Below are positions 24,009 to 33,707 of a stretch of 44,962 bases of DNA, one piece after another. The notes under the pieces are model-generated. The model made no database searches and had not been told where the DNA came from. It was given only the letters and a program-made list of their open reading frames with translations. A program made the position numbers and the translations under genes. This DNA is from a virus, in the IMG/VR virus record IMGVR_UViG_3300020171_000010, positions 1 through 44,962 of that record; one strand, given 5' to 3'. How positions within the stretch are numbered: position 1 is the stretch's first letter; each line of letters opens with the position of its first letter.

Positions 24009-26317
24009 AAAGACTACTCATATTTTTATTATTCCTATCAAGCAATTGTTTTGCTCAAGAAGCAGTAAAAAACCAGATTTATGTCTTCGACGAATTTTCT
24101 GGTGGATTGGTCTCAAAAATATCCGAATTCGGACTTCCCAAAAATTACGGTACAGTTGTAGAGAACGCAAGACCTGGCGCGGAATTAAAAACACTTACCA
24201 AACGAGATGAGATATTATCTTATGGTTCGGCAGATTCAACTGAAGCCATACTTGGTATGCACCGACTATATTTGAAAGATGGAACAAAAGTTTTAATCGT
24301 CAATCACGGGAACGAGATAGAAACAGGTACAGACAGTTCAGGTGCGTTTTCTACAATCCTTAATGTTAATACAGAGGGTTACCGTTGGCAATGGGTAACT
24401 TGGCAGAATGAGGCCATAGGTACAGACGGGTATAATTATCTCGTAAAATATGATGGTTCATCGGCAACAGGTACTTATGTCGGTTCATTACTTCCTCTTG
24501 CACTTACTACTGGAGGGGGCCCCAGCGATACTTATACTTATAAAGTAACCGCTTATACCACGCCAAGCACGATTGAGGTAACCTTTGGTTCGACATCGGC
24601 TTCTGTAACAGTAGCCAATAAAGATGTGCAGTTGTCAATGATACCCATTGGCCCAGACTCTTTCGGTGGTGAATCTATATTAGGCCGCAAGATTTACCGT
24701 ACTGCAACAGACGATACTACATATTATCTTTTAACCACTATTGCGGATAATTCCACAACCACTTATACCGATTCATACGCAAACGGGGAATTAAGTTCGG
24801 CTTATGGTACGCCTACTGCTACATATATCCCGCCAAAAGGTAAGTATATTTTAGTACATAAAAATAGGTTATTTATTGCAGGCGACCCAAGTTATCCTTC
24901 ACGGATATATTATTCAGAAGATGGACTTCCTGATTATTTCCCGGCAACAAATTATTTTAATATCCGGTTAGATGACGGTGATTCAATCACATTTATTAAG
25001 AATCTATTGGGTATTTTAACCATCGGCAAGAATAACACTATCCAAAAACTTTATACTGATGGTTCAGACCCTTCCGCTGATTGGGCGATTTCTGACCCAT
25101 TCTCATTTAAAGGTTGTGCCGCACCGTATAGCGCAATCAACTCTCCATTAGGTATAATCTATTTAGGTAGTGATGGGATATATAAATTCAATGGTCAATA
25201 TTCCACATTGATTTCTGACCAAGTTACTCCTGAGATTAAAGATATATCCCCATCAAATTTCGTAAACTGTTGGGGTATATTCCACAACAATATGTATTAC
25301 CTTGCATATACTTCCCACGAATCAGGAGGGACATATAATAACAGGATATTAATATACGATACACTTAATAGTTCATACACTAAAGATTTATGTAATATCA
25401 ATACCTTTTGCACATTTGGTTCGGGTACAGATTGGGATACATTATATGCCGGTTCAAGTGTGGGAGGCACGGTTTATTCATATGGGGGTACTGCACGAGA
25501 AATATTGCACAAGAAACATTCGGATTTTAGCGGAACATTTACTAATGCGAGATATATCCCTACAACCGCAGGTGGAGATGCTGACAGTGCGATATTAGAA
25601 TTATCAAGAACAGAAACAATAAACTCGATGTCCGGTACGATAAATGCGCAGGTAGGGGATATTGATAGGGCTATCGCAACAGGAACGTATGTGTCTCCGA
25701 TATTAAATATCAATTCTGTAACACTTGATAAACTGTATTGGAACGAAAATTTAAGTGCTGTTGGTGATATTACATTTAATATCCGCGCCTCAGATTCTTC
25801 GGTGCATTGTGAAGCTGAAACTTGGGGGACTACCGACCATACCAACTCATTGGGTTCAGATTTATCCTCAGATTCCGCCGGCGATTATCTGCAATATAAA
25901 ATAAACCTTGAAACTTCTGATTTAGATTATACGCCTACTTTATACGAGAATAATAATTACGTTATCAGGCTTACTTATTTAATGGAAGGTACGACCAATG
26001 AATCCACCGTACCGTTTAAATGGGAATCCGGCTGGCTTGATTTCGGGTATCCAGGGTATAAGAAAACATTGCGTAAAATATATTGTCTATACGAATCCGA
26101 AAGTTCAGGAACACTTAACATCACATTCGAGAATTTAGAGGGAGAAACGAGTTTATTCACAATACCTCTTATTACTTATCCTTCAAGTTATACCGAATAT
26201 TTTTCAGGTGGGGCATTTACCGGAGAATGGTTAAAACTTGAAATTAATGAATCGAGTTTGAATAGTTTAAAAATTAAGAAGATAATTTGTATATACGATG
26301 TCGAACCTTTAATATGA
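24005..26317 (+). CDS. Putative tail tubular protein B / nozzle-like protein with an N-terminal signal peptide
   Basis: 770 aa, N-terminus MKRLLIFLLFLSSNCFA|QE, ATGA-coupled upstream. The call rests on size and position, with no motif. Confidence 0.35.
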   Translation: MKRLLIFLLFLSSNCFAQEAVKNQIYVFDEFSGGLVSKISEFGLPKNYGTVVENARPGAELKTLTKRDEILSYGSADSTEAILGMHRLYLKDGTKVLIVNHGNEIETGTDSSGAFSTILNVNTEGYRWQWVTWQNEAIGTDGYNYLVKYDGSSATGTYVGSLLPLALTTGGGPSDTYTYKVTAYTTPSTIEVTFGSTSASVTVANKDVQLSMIPIGPDSFGGESILGRKIYRTATDDTTYYLLTTIADNSTTTYTDSYANGELSSAYGTPTATYIPPKGKYILVHKNRLFIAGDPSYPSRIYYSEDGLPDYFPATNYFNIRLDDGDSITFIKNLLGILTIGKNNTIQKLYTDGSDPSADWAISDPFSFKGCAAPYSAINSPLGIIYLGSDGIYKFNGQYSTLISDQVTPEIKDISPSNFVNCWGIFHNNMYYLAYTSHESGGTYNNRILIYDTLNSSYTKDLCNINTFCTFGSGTDWDTLYAGSSVGGTVYSYGGTAREILHKKHSDFSGTFTNARYIPTTAGGDADSAILELSRTETINSMSGTINAQVGDIDRAIATGTYVSPILNINSVTLDKLYWNENLSAVGDITFNIRASDSSVHCEAETWGTTDHTNSLGSDLSSDSAGDYLQYKINLETSDLDYTPTLYENNNYVIRLTYLMEGTTNESTVPFKWESGWLDFGYPGYKKTLRKIYCLYESESSGTLNITFENLEGETSLFTIPLITYPSSYTEYFSGGAFTGEWLKLEINESSLNSLKIKKIICIYDVEPLI

Positions 26318-26799
26318 GAATACTTATATTTTTATTAACCTTATTTTTTGCTATATCTTGTTACGCGCAAGAAGTCATTGTTGATTTTGCTTCAGATTCC
26401 ACAGTAATTCTTAATGATGAACTGAGAAAAAAAATAACAAAGGAATATGTGGACAGCACATGGGAGGATTACTCGGCAACTTCTACAATTACAGGATGGT
26501 CAAGTTTTACAATTAAACAAATCTATGTCAAAAAAATAGGTAAGACAGTGTTTGTAAGTTATACATTCGAAGGCACGAGTAATTCAACAAAGGTATATTT
26601 TACGCTTCCATACGACATGAGCAATACTTCTTATGCATTAGGTTCCGGAAACGATAACTCAACTGGGGCTGTGGTTAATTTAGTTGTTATACGGTATACG
26701 GCTTCAACGATAAATATTTATGCAACCCTTGTAAGCAATACTTGGACTAACAGTGGGATTAAATCCTGTTTTGGACAATTCTGGTATGTAACAAATTAA
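26314..26799 (+). CDS. Secreted beta-sandwich protein (fibre-tip-like)
   Basis: The ATG at 26314 overlaps the upstream TGA. N-terminus MRILIFLLTLFFAISCYA|QE. Confidence 0.55.
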   Translation: MRILIFLLTLFFAISCYAQEVIVDFASDSTVILNDELRKKITKEYVDSTWEDYSATSTITGWSSFTIKQIYVKKIGKTVFVSYTFEGTSNSTKVYFTLPYDMSNTSYALGSGNDNSTGAVVNLVVIRYTASTINIYATLVSNTWTNSGIKSCFGQFWYVTN

Positions 26800-26808
26800 G
26801 GAGGGAAT

Positions 26809-27567
26809 ATGAAAAAGTTATTATTAACAATTACAATTTTATTGTTTTCAATCTCGCGGGCATATGCGGTTGGTTGGGATGTGGACGCACCTGCTGGTAC
26901 AGATTCAGCAAGTGATATTGATTCACTCATAGGTGTAAATAATTCTGCTCTTGATTTATTATTAGCAGGATATCGCCAAAATGCGCAGATGGTATATTTA
27001 TCTTCATCAACTTTGACGGTAAATGCGGGTGAAGTAGTAGTAACTAATTCTGGCGGGACGGTTCGGTTAATGTTAAGGAACACATCAACCACGACAGTTT
27101 CCTGGGCGAATGCGGATTGTGGTGAAGTACCCAGTGCAACTTTTTATATATACGCTTATTGCACGGCAACAACCGATACCACATTCTCAATAAAGCTTTC
27201 TAACTCATCTACCACACCGTTGGGGGTAATTTATTATAAACGGCTCGGTTCATTTTATAATGATTCAGCGGGGAATATCACACTTATAAACAACGATGAC
27301 GATTTAGGGGAATTTGGGGATTGGACTGCTAAATCAACCAATACATCATATCAGGCGTTCACTGATGGGTTCTTCATTGTTTACGGTTCCCTCTCAGGTT
27401 CCGGATATATATATTCTGATGCAGTTTCAAATCCGGCTACAAAAAGAGGGGCGATTGATGCTGTTGCTGCGATTAGTTCAGCGATGGTGCCAGTTAAAAA
27501 AGGAGATTATTATAAATTCACACTTTTAGATGGCTCGGCAACTGTATGGTGGGTGCCGTTACAATAG
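26809..27567 (+). CDS. Secreted fibre-like protein
   Basis: N-terminus MKKLLLTITILLFSISRAYA|VG. It carries the APAGTDSASDIDSLIGVNNSALD motif seen in fibre proteins. AAGGAGGG ribosome-binding site. Confidence 0.55.
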   Translation: MKKLLLTITILLFSISRAYAVGWDVDAPAGTDSASDIDSLIGVNNSALDLLLAGYRQNAQMVYLSSSTLTVNAGEVVVTNSGGTVRLMLRNTSTTTVSWANADCGEVPSATFYIYAYCTATTDTTFSIKLSNSSTTPLGVIYYKRLGSFYNDSAGNITLINNDDDLGEFGDWTAKSTNTSYQAFTDGFFIVYGSLSGSGYIYSDAVSNPATKRGAIDAVAAISSAMVPVKKGDYYKFTLLDGSATVWWVPLQ

Positions 27568-27576
27568 GAGGATTAA

Positions 27577-27951
27577 ATGAAGTTTATTATTATCGGTATA
27601 CTTTTATTATTTGTTACACCGTGTTTTGCAGAAACATACATTATTTTTAATTCCGATACCCAAGAGGTTTTATCCGTTTCGCCACAAGATGACGCAGTAA
27701 TGCCACAAACAGGATACACGAAAATTATCATAAAAGATAACTTTTGGGACTTGGATTTACAATATCCTCACCAATGGTATAAGTGGTCGGGGTCAAGACT
27801 AATTCCAAATACAAAGAAATTAGATGAGGAAGCGATAAAAGAGGAAAAGGTTAGAGAGAAAGTTGAACAGGAAAAACTTATAAATGATGAATTGCGTTCT
27901 GTTGCGATAGAACGATTAAAGGCAAAAGGAATTAATATCAAAGAGGAATAG
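27577..27951 (+). CDS. Secreted protein with a charged helical C-terminus
   Basis: N-terminus MKFIIIGILLLFVTPCFA|ET. TAGGAGGA ribosome-binding site. Confidence 0.55.
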   Translation: MKFIIIGILLLFVTPCFAETYIIFNSDTQEVLSVSPQDDAVMPQTGYTKIIIKDNFWDLDLQYPHQWYKWSGSRLIPNTKKLDEEAIKEEKVREKVEQEKLINDELRSVAIERLKAKGINIKEE

Positions 27952-28556
27952 TGGCAGAAATTTCAGAATTAATAAATTTAACTAATATTCCAAAAGAAGA
28001 AGCGAGAAAACAGTTTAATTCTATTACTAAAAAATTGGACTTAAAACATACTTTTTCCTTTGATGAAGTATATGATATTTGTATGGAGAAACGATTAACA
28101 AAAAATAAAGAAGGATTTAGGGAAATGATTACTGCTTTTGAAGAACATTTAAATAATTTACCAGAACATTTAGAAGAAGACCCTTTTCCATTGGTTCACA
28201 AATTTGCTGATGGTATGTATATCCGGCAGTTGACTGTTCCACCTCAAACATTAACCGTTACAAAAATTCATAAACAGACACACCCATTTTTTCTTTTAAA
28301 GGGAACAATTTCGATATTGACAGAAGAAGGGGTGAAAAAATTTACAGCTCCTTATTCTGGAATAACTAAAGCAGGAACTAAACGTATTATTTGGCATCAC
28401 GATGAAGTAGTTTTTATTACGGTTCATTCAACCCAAGAAATTGATTTAGATAAAATAGAAGATGAAATTATAGCCAAAGATTTTGATGAAATAGATGAAT
28501 TAGAAAAATCTAAATTATACCAATTTATTGATATAGTAGCTAAAGTGGAGGATTAA
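27951..28556 (+). CDS. Cupin-like beta-barrel protein (GTG start)
   Basis: The segment HKFADGMYIRQL...KIHKQTHPFFLLKGTISILTEEG...TKRIIWHHDEVVFITVH resembles a cupin fold with His residues. Confidence 0.4.
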   Translation: MAEISELINLTNIPKEEARKQFNSITKKLDLKHTFSFDEVYDICMEKRLTKNKEGFREMITAFEEHLNNLPEHLEEDPFPLVHKFADGMYIRQLTVPPQTLTVTKIHKQTHPFFLLKGTISILTEEGVKKFTAPYSGITKAGTKRIIWHHDEVVFITVHSTQEIDLDKIEDEIIAKDFDEIDELEKSKLYQFIDIVAKVED

Positions 28557-28557
28557 T

Positions 28558-29319
28558 ATGTCTTGGATAGCGGTAGCAATCGTTGGGAGTGCAGCAATTG
28601 GAGCAGGTGCTTCAATGTATTCAGCAAATAAACAAGCTAAAGCGGCAGAAAGTGCAGGTCAACCTCAACAATTACAAGATTATCCTGAGGCAAAAGCAGC
28701 AAGAGGACTCTGGTGGGATAAATTACAGGAATGGGGTAATATGCCTGGCTATGGTGGAATTTCTCCTGACTGGAATAATATTTGGATTAAGGCGCAGAAT
28801 AGAGTCAGGCAATATTATTGGGGAGGCGCAACTGACCCGGGTTTAATCTCAAAAGTTAGAAGTTCTGCTGCAAACCGTAATGTATCGGACAGTCCGGCAT
28901 TACAGGATATGATTATGCGTATGGGTATGCAAGAAAAAGGTGATATTCAAAATCTGGCAACCGAACAGGCGACACAACAGGCACAGTTCGGTGAAACCGC
29001 AAGAACGAATTGGATGAACCAACTGGCTTCATTATCAGGCAGGCAACCTGCATATACGACAACCCCGAATACTTATACCCCAGGAATAGGTGAGGGTATA
29101 AGTAGTTTCGCGGGAAGTATTGGCGATTATTATATGCAGAAAGAGCAACAGGATTGGTATACTAATTTAATAAGGCAACAACAATTAAATCAGAGTCAAC
29201 AATATGCCAATGTAGGAGGAATGGGCAATGTTCCTGTTGCCCCAGCGAATTATTATTCACAACCGTCGGGGATGATTGACCCATCTAAAGTTAACTTTAA
29301 GTATAGTCCAAGTCAGTAG
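28558..29319 (+). CDS. Putative internal virion / ejection protein
   Basis: It has an N-terminal glycine-zipper transmembrane segment (IAVAIVGSAAIGAGASMYSA) and a Q-rich body. It lies downstream of the tubular-like genes. Confidence 0.4.
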   Translation: MSWIAVAIVGSAAIGAGASMYSANKQAKAAESAGQPQQLQDYPEAKAARGLWWDKLQEWGNMPGYGGISPDWNNIWIKAQNRVRQYYWGGATDPGLISKVRSSAANRNVSDSPALQDMIMRMGMQEKGDIQNLATEQATQQAQFGETARTNWMNQLASLSGRQPAYTTTPNTYTPGIGEGISSFAGSIGDYYMQKEQQDWYTNLIRQQQLNQSQQYANVGGMGNVPVAPANYYSQPSGMIDPSKVNFKYSPSQ

Positions 29320-29329
29320 GAGGTGAATT

Positions 29330-30412
29330 ATGGGAAACAATGCCGGTGTAGGCGCTGCATTTGCAGATATAGGTAAATCAATAAAGAAGTATGGCGACAT
29401 AATGGCTGAGAGACAGAAAATTATGGCGATGATACTTTCTAATCAATTGACAGCGCAGAATAACTGGTTTTATAAACAAAGGGAGATGGAACAGGAATCT
29501 CAAAATAGACTTATTGAGAGAACTACTTTGAATCCAGCAGAACAATTCCAATTAGAGGAACAAAAAAGACGTAAGGCAAGTTATGAACAAACACAACCTG
29601 GGATGGTAATGCCACAAACAAATGGTGCTATTCCTCCTCAATCTGAAGGCGATATTTTTAGTCAATCAATGGGAGAAGTTACAACTTTGGGTGATAAAGG
29701 ATATGAAGTTGAACGCGACCCCAAAAAAGCGGGATTAATACTTCTTCAAAGAAAAATGGCGGCAGGAAAAAAGTTAAGTGAAAGAGAACAAAGGTTTTTT
29801 GATAAAGAGATGGGGATTAGTAGTATGGAAAAAGAGCAATTAACAATGGCTTCACAATTACGTCAAGAATTTATTAATCGTCCAGAAATAAAAGAATTTG
29901 TAACCATTAATACTCAAGTAAAAGCGATGGATTCTCTTTTAAATAATGCAATAGGGGGTGATATAAAAAATAAAGTAGCATTAGATCAAGCATTAATCAC
30001 CATGTATAATAAATTGACTGATCCACAATCAGTTGTTCGAGAATCTGAATATGCAAGAACTCCAGAAAACTTACCTTTTTATAACAGATTTTTCGGTGCA
30101 TTTAATAAATTAGAAAAAGGTGGAGCTGGCATGACTGATGATGATAGAAAAGCTCTTGTTTGGGGAGCTAAACTTATAGCTAATGAAAGAGGACAAATAT
30201 TCAATGAACGTAGTCAATATTATGGTAATTTAGCTCAAAAAGCGAATATTGACCCAGAATTAGTTATTGGTGGAATAACCGAATATAAACCTTATGAAGA
30301 AATGAATCAAAATCAAAATGCAAATAAAGATTTACAATTAAAAATTCAAAAAGCTAAAGAATATGGATATACTGATGAAGAAATACAAGCATTTTTAAAT
30401 GGGAGTAAATAA
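29330..30412 (+). CDS. Putative internal virion protein
   Basis: 360 aa with a GGAGGTG ribosome-binding site. The call is from position only. Confidence 0.35.
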   Translation: MGNNAGVGAAFADIGKSIKKYGDIMAERQKIMAMILSNQLTAQNNWFYKQREMEQESQNRLIERTTLNPAEQFQLEEQKRRKASYEQTQPGMVMPQTNGAIPPQSEGDIFSQSMGEVTTLGDKGYEVERDPKKAGLILLQRKMAAGKKLSEREQRFFDKEMGISSMEKEQLTMASQLRQEFINRPEIKEFVTINTQVKAMDSLLNNAIGGDIKNKVALDQALITMYNKLTDPQSVVRESEYARTPENLPFYNRFFGAFNKLEKGGAGMTDDDRKALVWGAKLIANERGQIFNERSQYYGNLAQKANIDPELVIGGITEYKPYEEMNQNQNANKDLQLKIQKAKEYGYTDEEIQAFLNGSK

Positions 30413-31959
30413 TGCCTAAACCAAATTTAGAAGAAATTTTTTCGTCTTCTCCTATTTCAGATATTAATACAAAACCTCCTTTGAATGAAATTTTTGGAAA
30501 TACTATTTTTAAACCAATTCCCGAAATAATGACTTCTCAAACTTTTACCAAAGAAACTTCTAAGGGCGAATTAATGACTTTAAGAACATTTAAAAAAGAA
30601 GAAAAAAATAAATATATTCGCAGTGGCAGAATGGCAAAAGATATAGGTCAATTTTTAGGTGGAATTATAGGATTTGGTGTTGGTGCAACAATAGGACATC
30701 CTTATGTTGGAGGTGCATTTGGTGGGACTATTGGCAGAACCATAGCTAATCTTAGTGTTGAACAAGCAAAACAATTTGAAATAATTGCTAAAAAACGTAT
30801 TGCAAAACAACCATTATCATTAAAAGAAAGTGCAATATTATATTTAGCACCTCCGTTTTCATATCCTTTTGTAATTGAACAAATGACACCCCAAAAACAT
30901 TTGAATCTTGGTAGAGAAATATTAACCACCGCGGTCGCCGAAACTATTTCTGCACCAATGGGGATAGTTTTAACTTATGCCGGTAGAGGGATATTAAAAG
31001 GATTATTGACTGCTCGAGTTGCCGAACGAGGATTTGAACGAGGATTTAAAAAAATATTAGATCCTGAATTCTATAAGAATAGAGTCCCTAAAATGATTGC
31101 CGAAAAAACAAGTAGATTTTTTAATAGATTATCGAATGTAACCGGTAAAGAAGTAGATATAGTTGTTAATAGTCCAGTATATAAAAAGATGACAGTTAGA
31201 GTTGACAATTTAAAAAGTGAAATAAAGAATATTTTACCGAAAGGATTAATCATAGAAGATTTAGAGGCGAGTGTGGGACAGAAAAAATTATTACAACGAG
31301 CAACTAAATTGATAACCAGCTTGGGTGAAATACCAGAAGGCAAAAAAATTACTGAAAAAGTTATGGTAAAAACAATGACTGAAGAAATAGAAATATCTGT
31401 ATCTAATTTATGGAAAAAAAGAAAATTATTGGATAAAATAATGAATACTTATAATTGGAGTGAAGATAGTATAGATTATCTTAATAAATTACGTAGTATT
31501 TTGAATAAACCTATAAGAGAGGCCGGAGTGGATATAGCATCAGCTTTCAATAAATATGCTTTTGTAAAACAAGGTGAATATGATTTAGGTAAAAATTTTA
31601 TGGTGGCTAAAGGTATAGGGGGAGAGATATATGCTTCCCCAGCAGAAAAATTCGCCGCTGAATTGATGTCTACTAAAAAAGACGATTTAATACGGCGACT
31701 TAAAGATTTGGATAGATTAACCAATGCTGATGATAAAATAATTGATGAATTTCTTGATTATGCGGCATCTGAAGCATTAGATAAAAAGATTGGATTCGGT
31801 GTATTTCAAGAAATGTTAGTTGGCATGTTGGGTGGAAGAAAAACGATAGCACAAATGGGGGCATTTGGACAGAAACCAATAATTAAAGCCGGAGAGAAAA
31901 TTCTTGGCAGAACAGTTCCGATAGGCTTAACCAATATATTGACTCCAGAAAAAGAATAA
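30412..31959 (+). CDS. Putative internal virion protein with a glycine-zipper membrane segment
   Basis: 515 aa containing IGQFLGGIIGFGVGATIGHPYVGGAFGGTIG. TAATG coupling upstream. Confidence 0.35.
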   Translation: MPKPNLEEIFSSSPISDINTKPPLNEIFGNTIFKPIPEIMTSQTFTKETSKGELMTLRTFKKEEKNKYIRSGRMAKDIGQFLGGIIGFGVGATIGHPYVGGAFGGTIGRTIANLSVEQAKQFEIIAKKRIAKQPLSLKESAILYLAPPFSYPFVIEQMTPQKHLNLGREILTTAVAETISAPMGIVLTYAGRGILKGLLTARVAERGFERGFKKILDPEFYKNRVPKMIAEKTSRFFNRLSNVTGKEVDIVVNSPVYKKMTVRVDNLKSEIKNILPKGLIIEDLEASVGQKKLLQRATKLITSLGEIPEGKKITEKVMVKTMTEEIEISVSNLWKKRKLLDKIMNTYNWSEDSIDYLNKLRSILNKPIREAGVDIASAFNKYAFVKQGEYDLGKNFMVAKGIGGEIYASPAEKFAAELMSTKKDDLIRRLKDLDRLTNADDKIIDEFLDYAASEALDKKIGFGVFQEMLVGMLGGRKTIAQMGAFGQKPIIKAGEKILGRTVPIGLTNILTPEKE

Positions 31960-32087
31960 TGAATTTTAAAAATGAAATAAAAGAATTGGGAGAAGGACTA
32001 CTTGCTTGGTTTAGAATTTTATCCGGTTTATTTTTAATGTTTACCATAATTTATGGTATTGTAATATTTTTTAGAGGGGGGTGCTAA
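31959..32087 (+). CDS. Small membrane protein (42 aa)
   Basis: Hand-translated MNFKNEIKELGEGLLAWFRILSGLFLMFTIIYGIVIFFRGGC, with TAATG coupling upstream. Confidence 0.45.
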   Translation: MNFKNEIKELGEGLLAWFRILSGLFLMFTIIYGIVIFFRGGC

Positions 32088-32297
32088 ATGAAAGAACTTA
32101 TCAAGCAATTCATTGAGGCAATTATTAAAGAGTGGGTTAAAGCCAGGACAGTATTTACCCTTTTATTTTATATAACTTTTCTATACTTGATATTGAAAAA
32201 AATAGAAGTTCCACCAGAATTGAATACGATTATATCCACACTATTCGGTTTCTGGTTTGGTCAACGGCAATCTAACAAAAAGGAGGAAGTAAAATGA
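32088..32297 (+). CDS. Holin-like protein with two transmembrane segments
   Basis: 69 aa with two hydrophobic segments and a charged C-terminus (QRQSNKKEEVK). Confidence 0.4.
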   Translation: MKELIKQFIEAIIKEWVKARTVFTLLFYITFLYLILKKIEVPPELNTIISTLFGFWFGQRQSNKKEEVK

Positions 32298-32710
32298 AAA
32301 GGATAATGTCAGTTTTAGCATTGATTTTGGCAATGGCAATCCCAGCTATGGCGATGGCTCAGGAAAGTTTATCTATAACCGATATGGTTAAACGGATTCC
32401 GAATCTCAAACAGGGATTTGGTTATTCTTTTATTGACCACGATTTCGGGTATCTTGCCACGGTTGAATTGGCGAAATGGAAAGATATATCGTTTGAAGCC
32501 GGATACAACTGGAAAAATAAGGCAATCGGGGTTATTAGTTATGATTTTTTTAAGTTAAAGGATTTTGGGGTTACATTACCTATCTTAAATTTGGTGGGAT
32601 GTAAATTAGGAGTTTATGCCGGCTATGGCAGGATTGATTTATTACAAGGTGGCGGGAATCAAGAATTTGACTATGGTGCCAGTGCGACTATTTTAGAGAT
32701 AAAATTTTGA
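32294..32710 (+). CDS. Small outer-membrane beta-barrel-like protein
   Basis: Signal peptide MKRIMSVLALILAMAIPAMAMA|QE. The body has alternating amphipathic strands. The C-terminus ...ATILEIKF resembles an outer-membrane-protein beta-signal ending in Phe. Confidence 0.5.
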   Translation: MKRIMSVLALILAMAIPAMAMAQESLSITDMVKRIPNLKQGFGYSFIDHDFGYLATVELAKWKDISFEAGYNWKNKAIGVISYDFFKLKDFGVTLPILNLVGCKLGVYAGYGRIDLLQGGGNQEFDYGASATILEIKF

Positions 32711-32718
32711 GGTGAAAG

Positions 32719-33030
32719 ATGGTTACTAATATTGTCCAACCGGTTAAACACGCAATATTTCGTGCCTTCTCAGTATTTTGTGTTTTCTTGGTAATTGGTT
32801 TGCTTGGTTTGGGAGTTAAACGACTATTGTATCCACCCAAAACCGAAAGTTATGCTCAGACTATTCAAGCGGGCGGGGTGAATTACAATATTGAAATTTA
32901 TAATCCCCAAGATACATTTTTTCTCGGTCTGCATATTTTCGGGTTTAAGTTAGGCATTACTAAACCGACAGTCAAGAAGATAAACGATATTACTGCGGAA
33001 TTAAAACCTATTCAACCGGTGAAGAAATGA
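32719..33030 (+). CDS. Signal-anchored membrane protein
   Basis: 103 aa with a single N-terminal transmembrane segment, FSVFCVFLVIGLLGLGV. Confidence 0.5.
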   Translation: MVTNIVQPVKHAIFRAFSVFCVFLVIGLLGLGVKRLLYPPKTESYAQTIQAGGVNYNIEIYNPQDTFFLGLHIFGFKLGITKPTVKKINDITAELKPIQPVKK

Positions 33031-33084
33031 TTAAGCATACACTTTTGTTAATTATCTTGGCTTGTATAAATATATAAAATAACT

Positions 33085-33112
33085 TGATATTCATATCCAC
33101 CAATGCTATACT
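33085..33112 (+). promoter_or_regulatory. Sigma70-like promoter upstream of an HNH gene
   Basis: TTGATA-16 nt-TATACT, 20 nt upstream of the AAAGGAGGA ribosome-binding site. Confidence 0.5.
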
Positions 33113-33131
33113 TATTATAGTAAAGGAGGAT

Positions 33132-33707
33132 ATGATGAAAAAGAAATGTTTATGGTGTGGAAAAGAAATACAAACTTGCAGATGTTTAAAGGATAGAAAA
33201 AAATTTTGTTCTAAAGAATGTTTATATAATTTTAAAAAAGGAAAGCATTATTCTCTCAAAACAGAATTTAAAAGAGGCGAACATCCTTCTCCGAAAACTG
33301 AATTTAAAAAAGGCGATAATCTTGGTAAAAATCATCCTCGCTGGAAAGGTGGTCGCCATAAATTAAAAACAGGATATATTCAAATATATGCCCTTGGACA
33401 TCCAAGAGCTTATAAGAATTTTGTATATGAACATATACTTATTGCCGAAAAAAAATTAGGCAGATATTTATTAACTAATGAAGTCGTTCACCATCTTAAT
33501 GGCATTAAAGATGACAACAGGGAAGAAAATATAGTGGTTTGTCAAAGCGATAAAGAACATTTTAAAAATCATAGATTAAAAACTTGGTCAAGAAAATATG
33601 ATAGATGTAGAAAGTGTGGAACAACAAAAATAAAACATGAGGCAAGAGGACTTTGCCAAAATTGTTATAAATATTACCAAAATCATAAAAAATTATGCGA
33701 ATATTGA
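33132..33707 (+). CDS. HNH homing endonuclease (class B, HNH_3-like)
   Basis: TGYIQIYALGHPRAYKNFVYEHILIAEK...EVVHHLNGIKDDNREENI, with the HPRWKGG repeat and Zn-ribbon CxxC pairs. Paralogous to the gene at 22292..22822. Confidence 0.85.
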   Translation: MMKKKCLWCGKEIQTCRCLKDRKKFCSKECLYNFKKGKHYSLKTEFKRGEHPSPKTEFKKGDNLGKNHPRWKGGRHKLKTGYIQIYALGHPRAYKNFVYEHILIAEKKLGRYLLTNEVVHHLNGIKDDNREENIVVCQSDKEHFKNHRLKTWSRKYDRCRKCGTTKIKHEARGLCQNCYKYYQNHKKLCEY

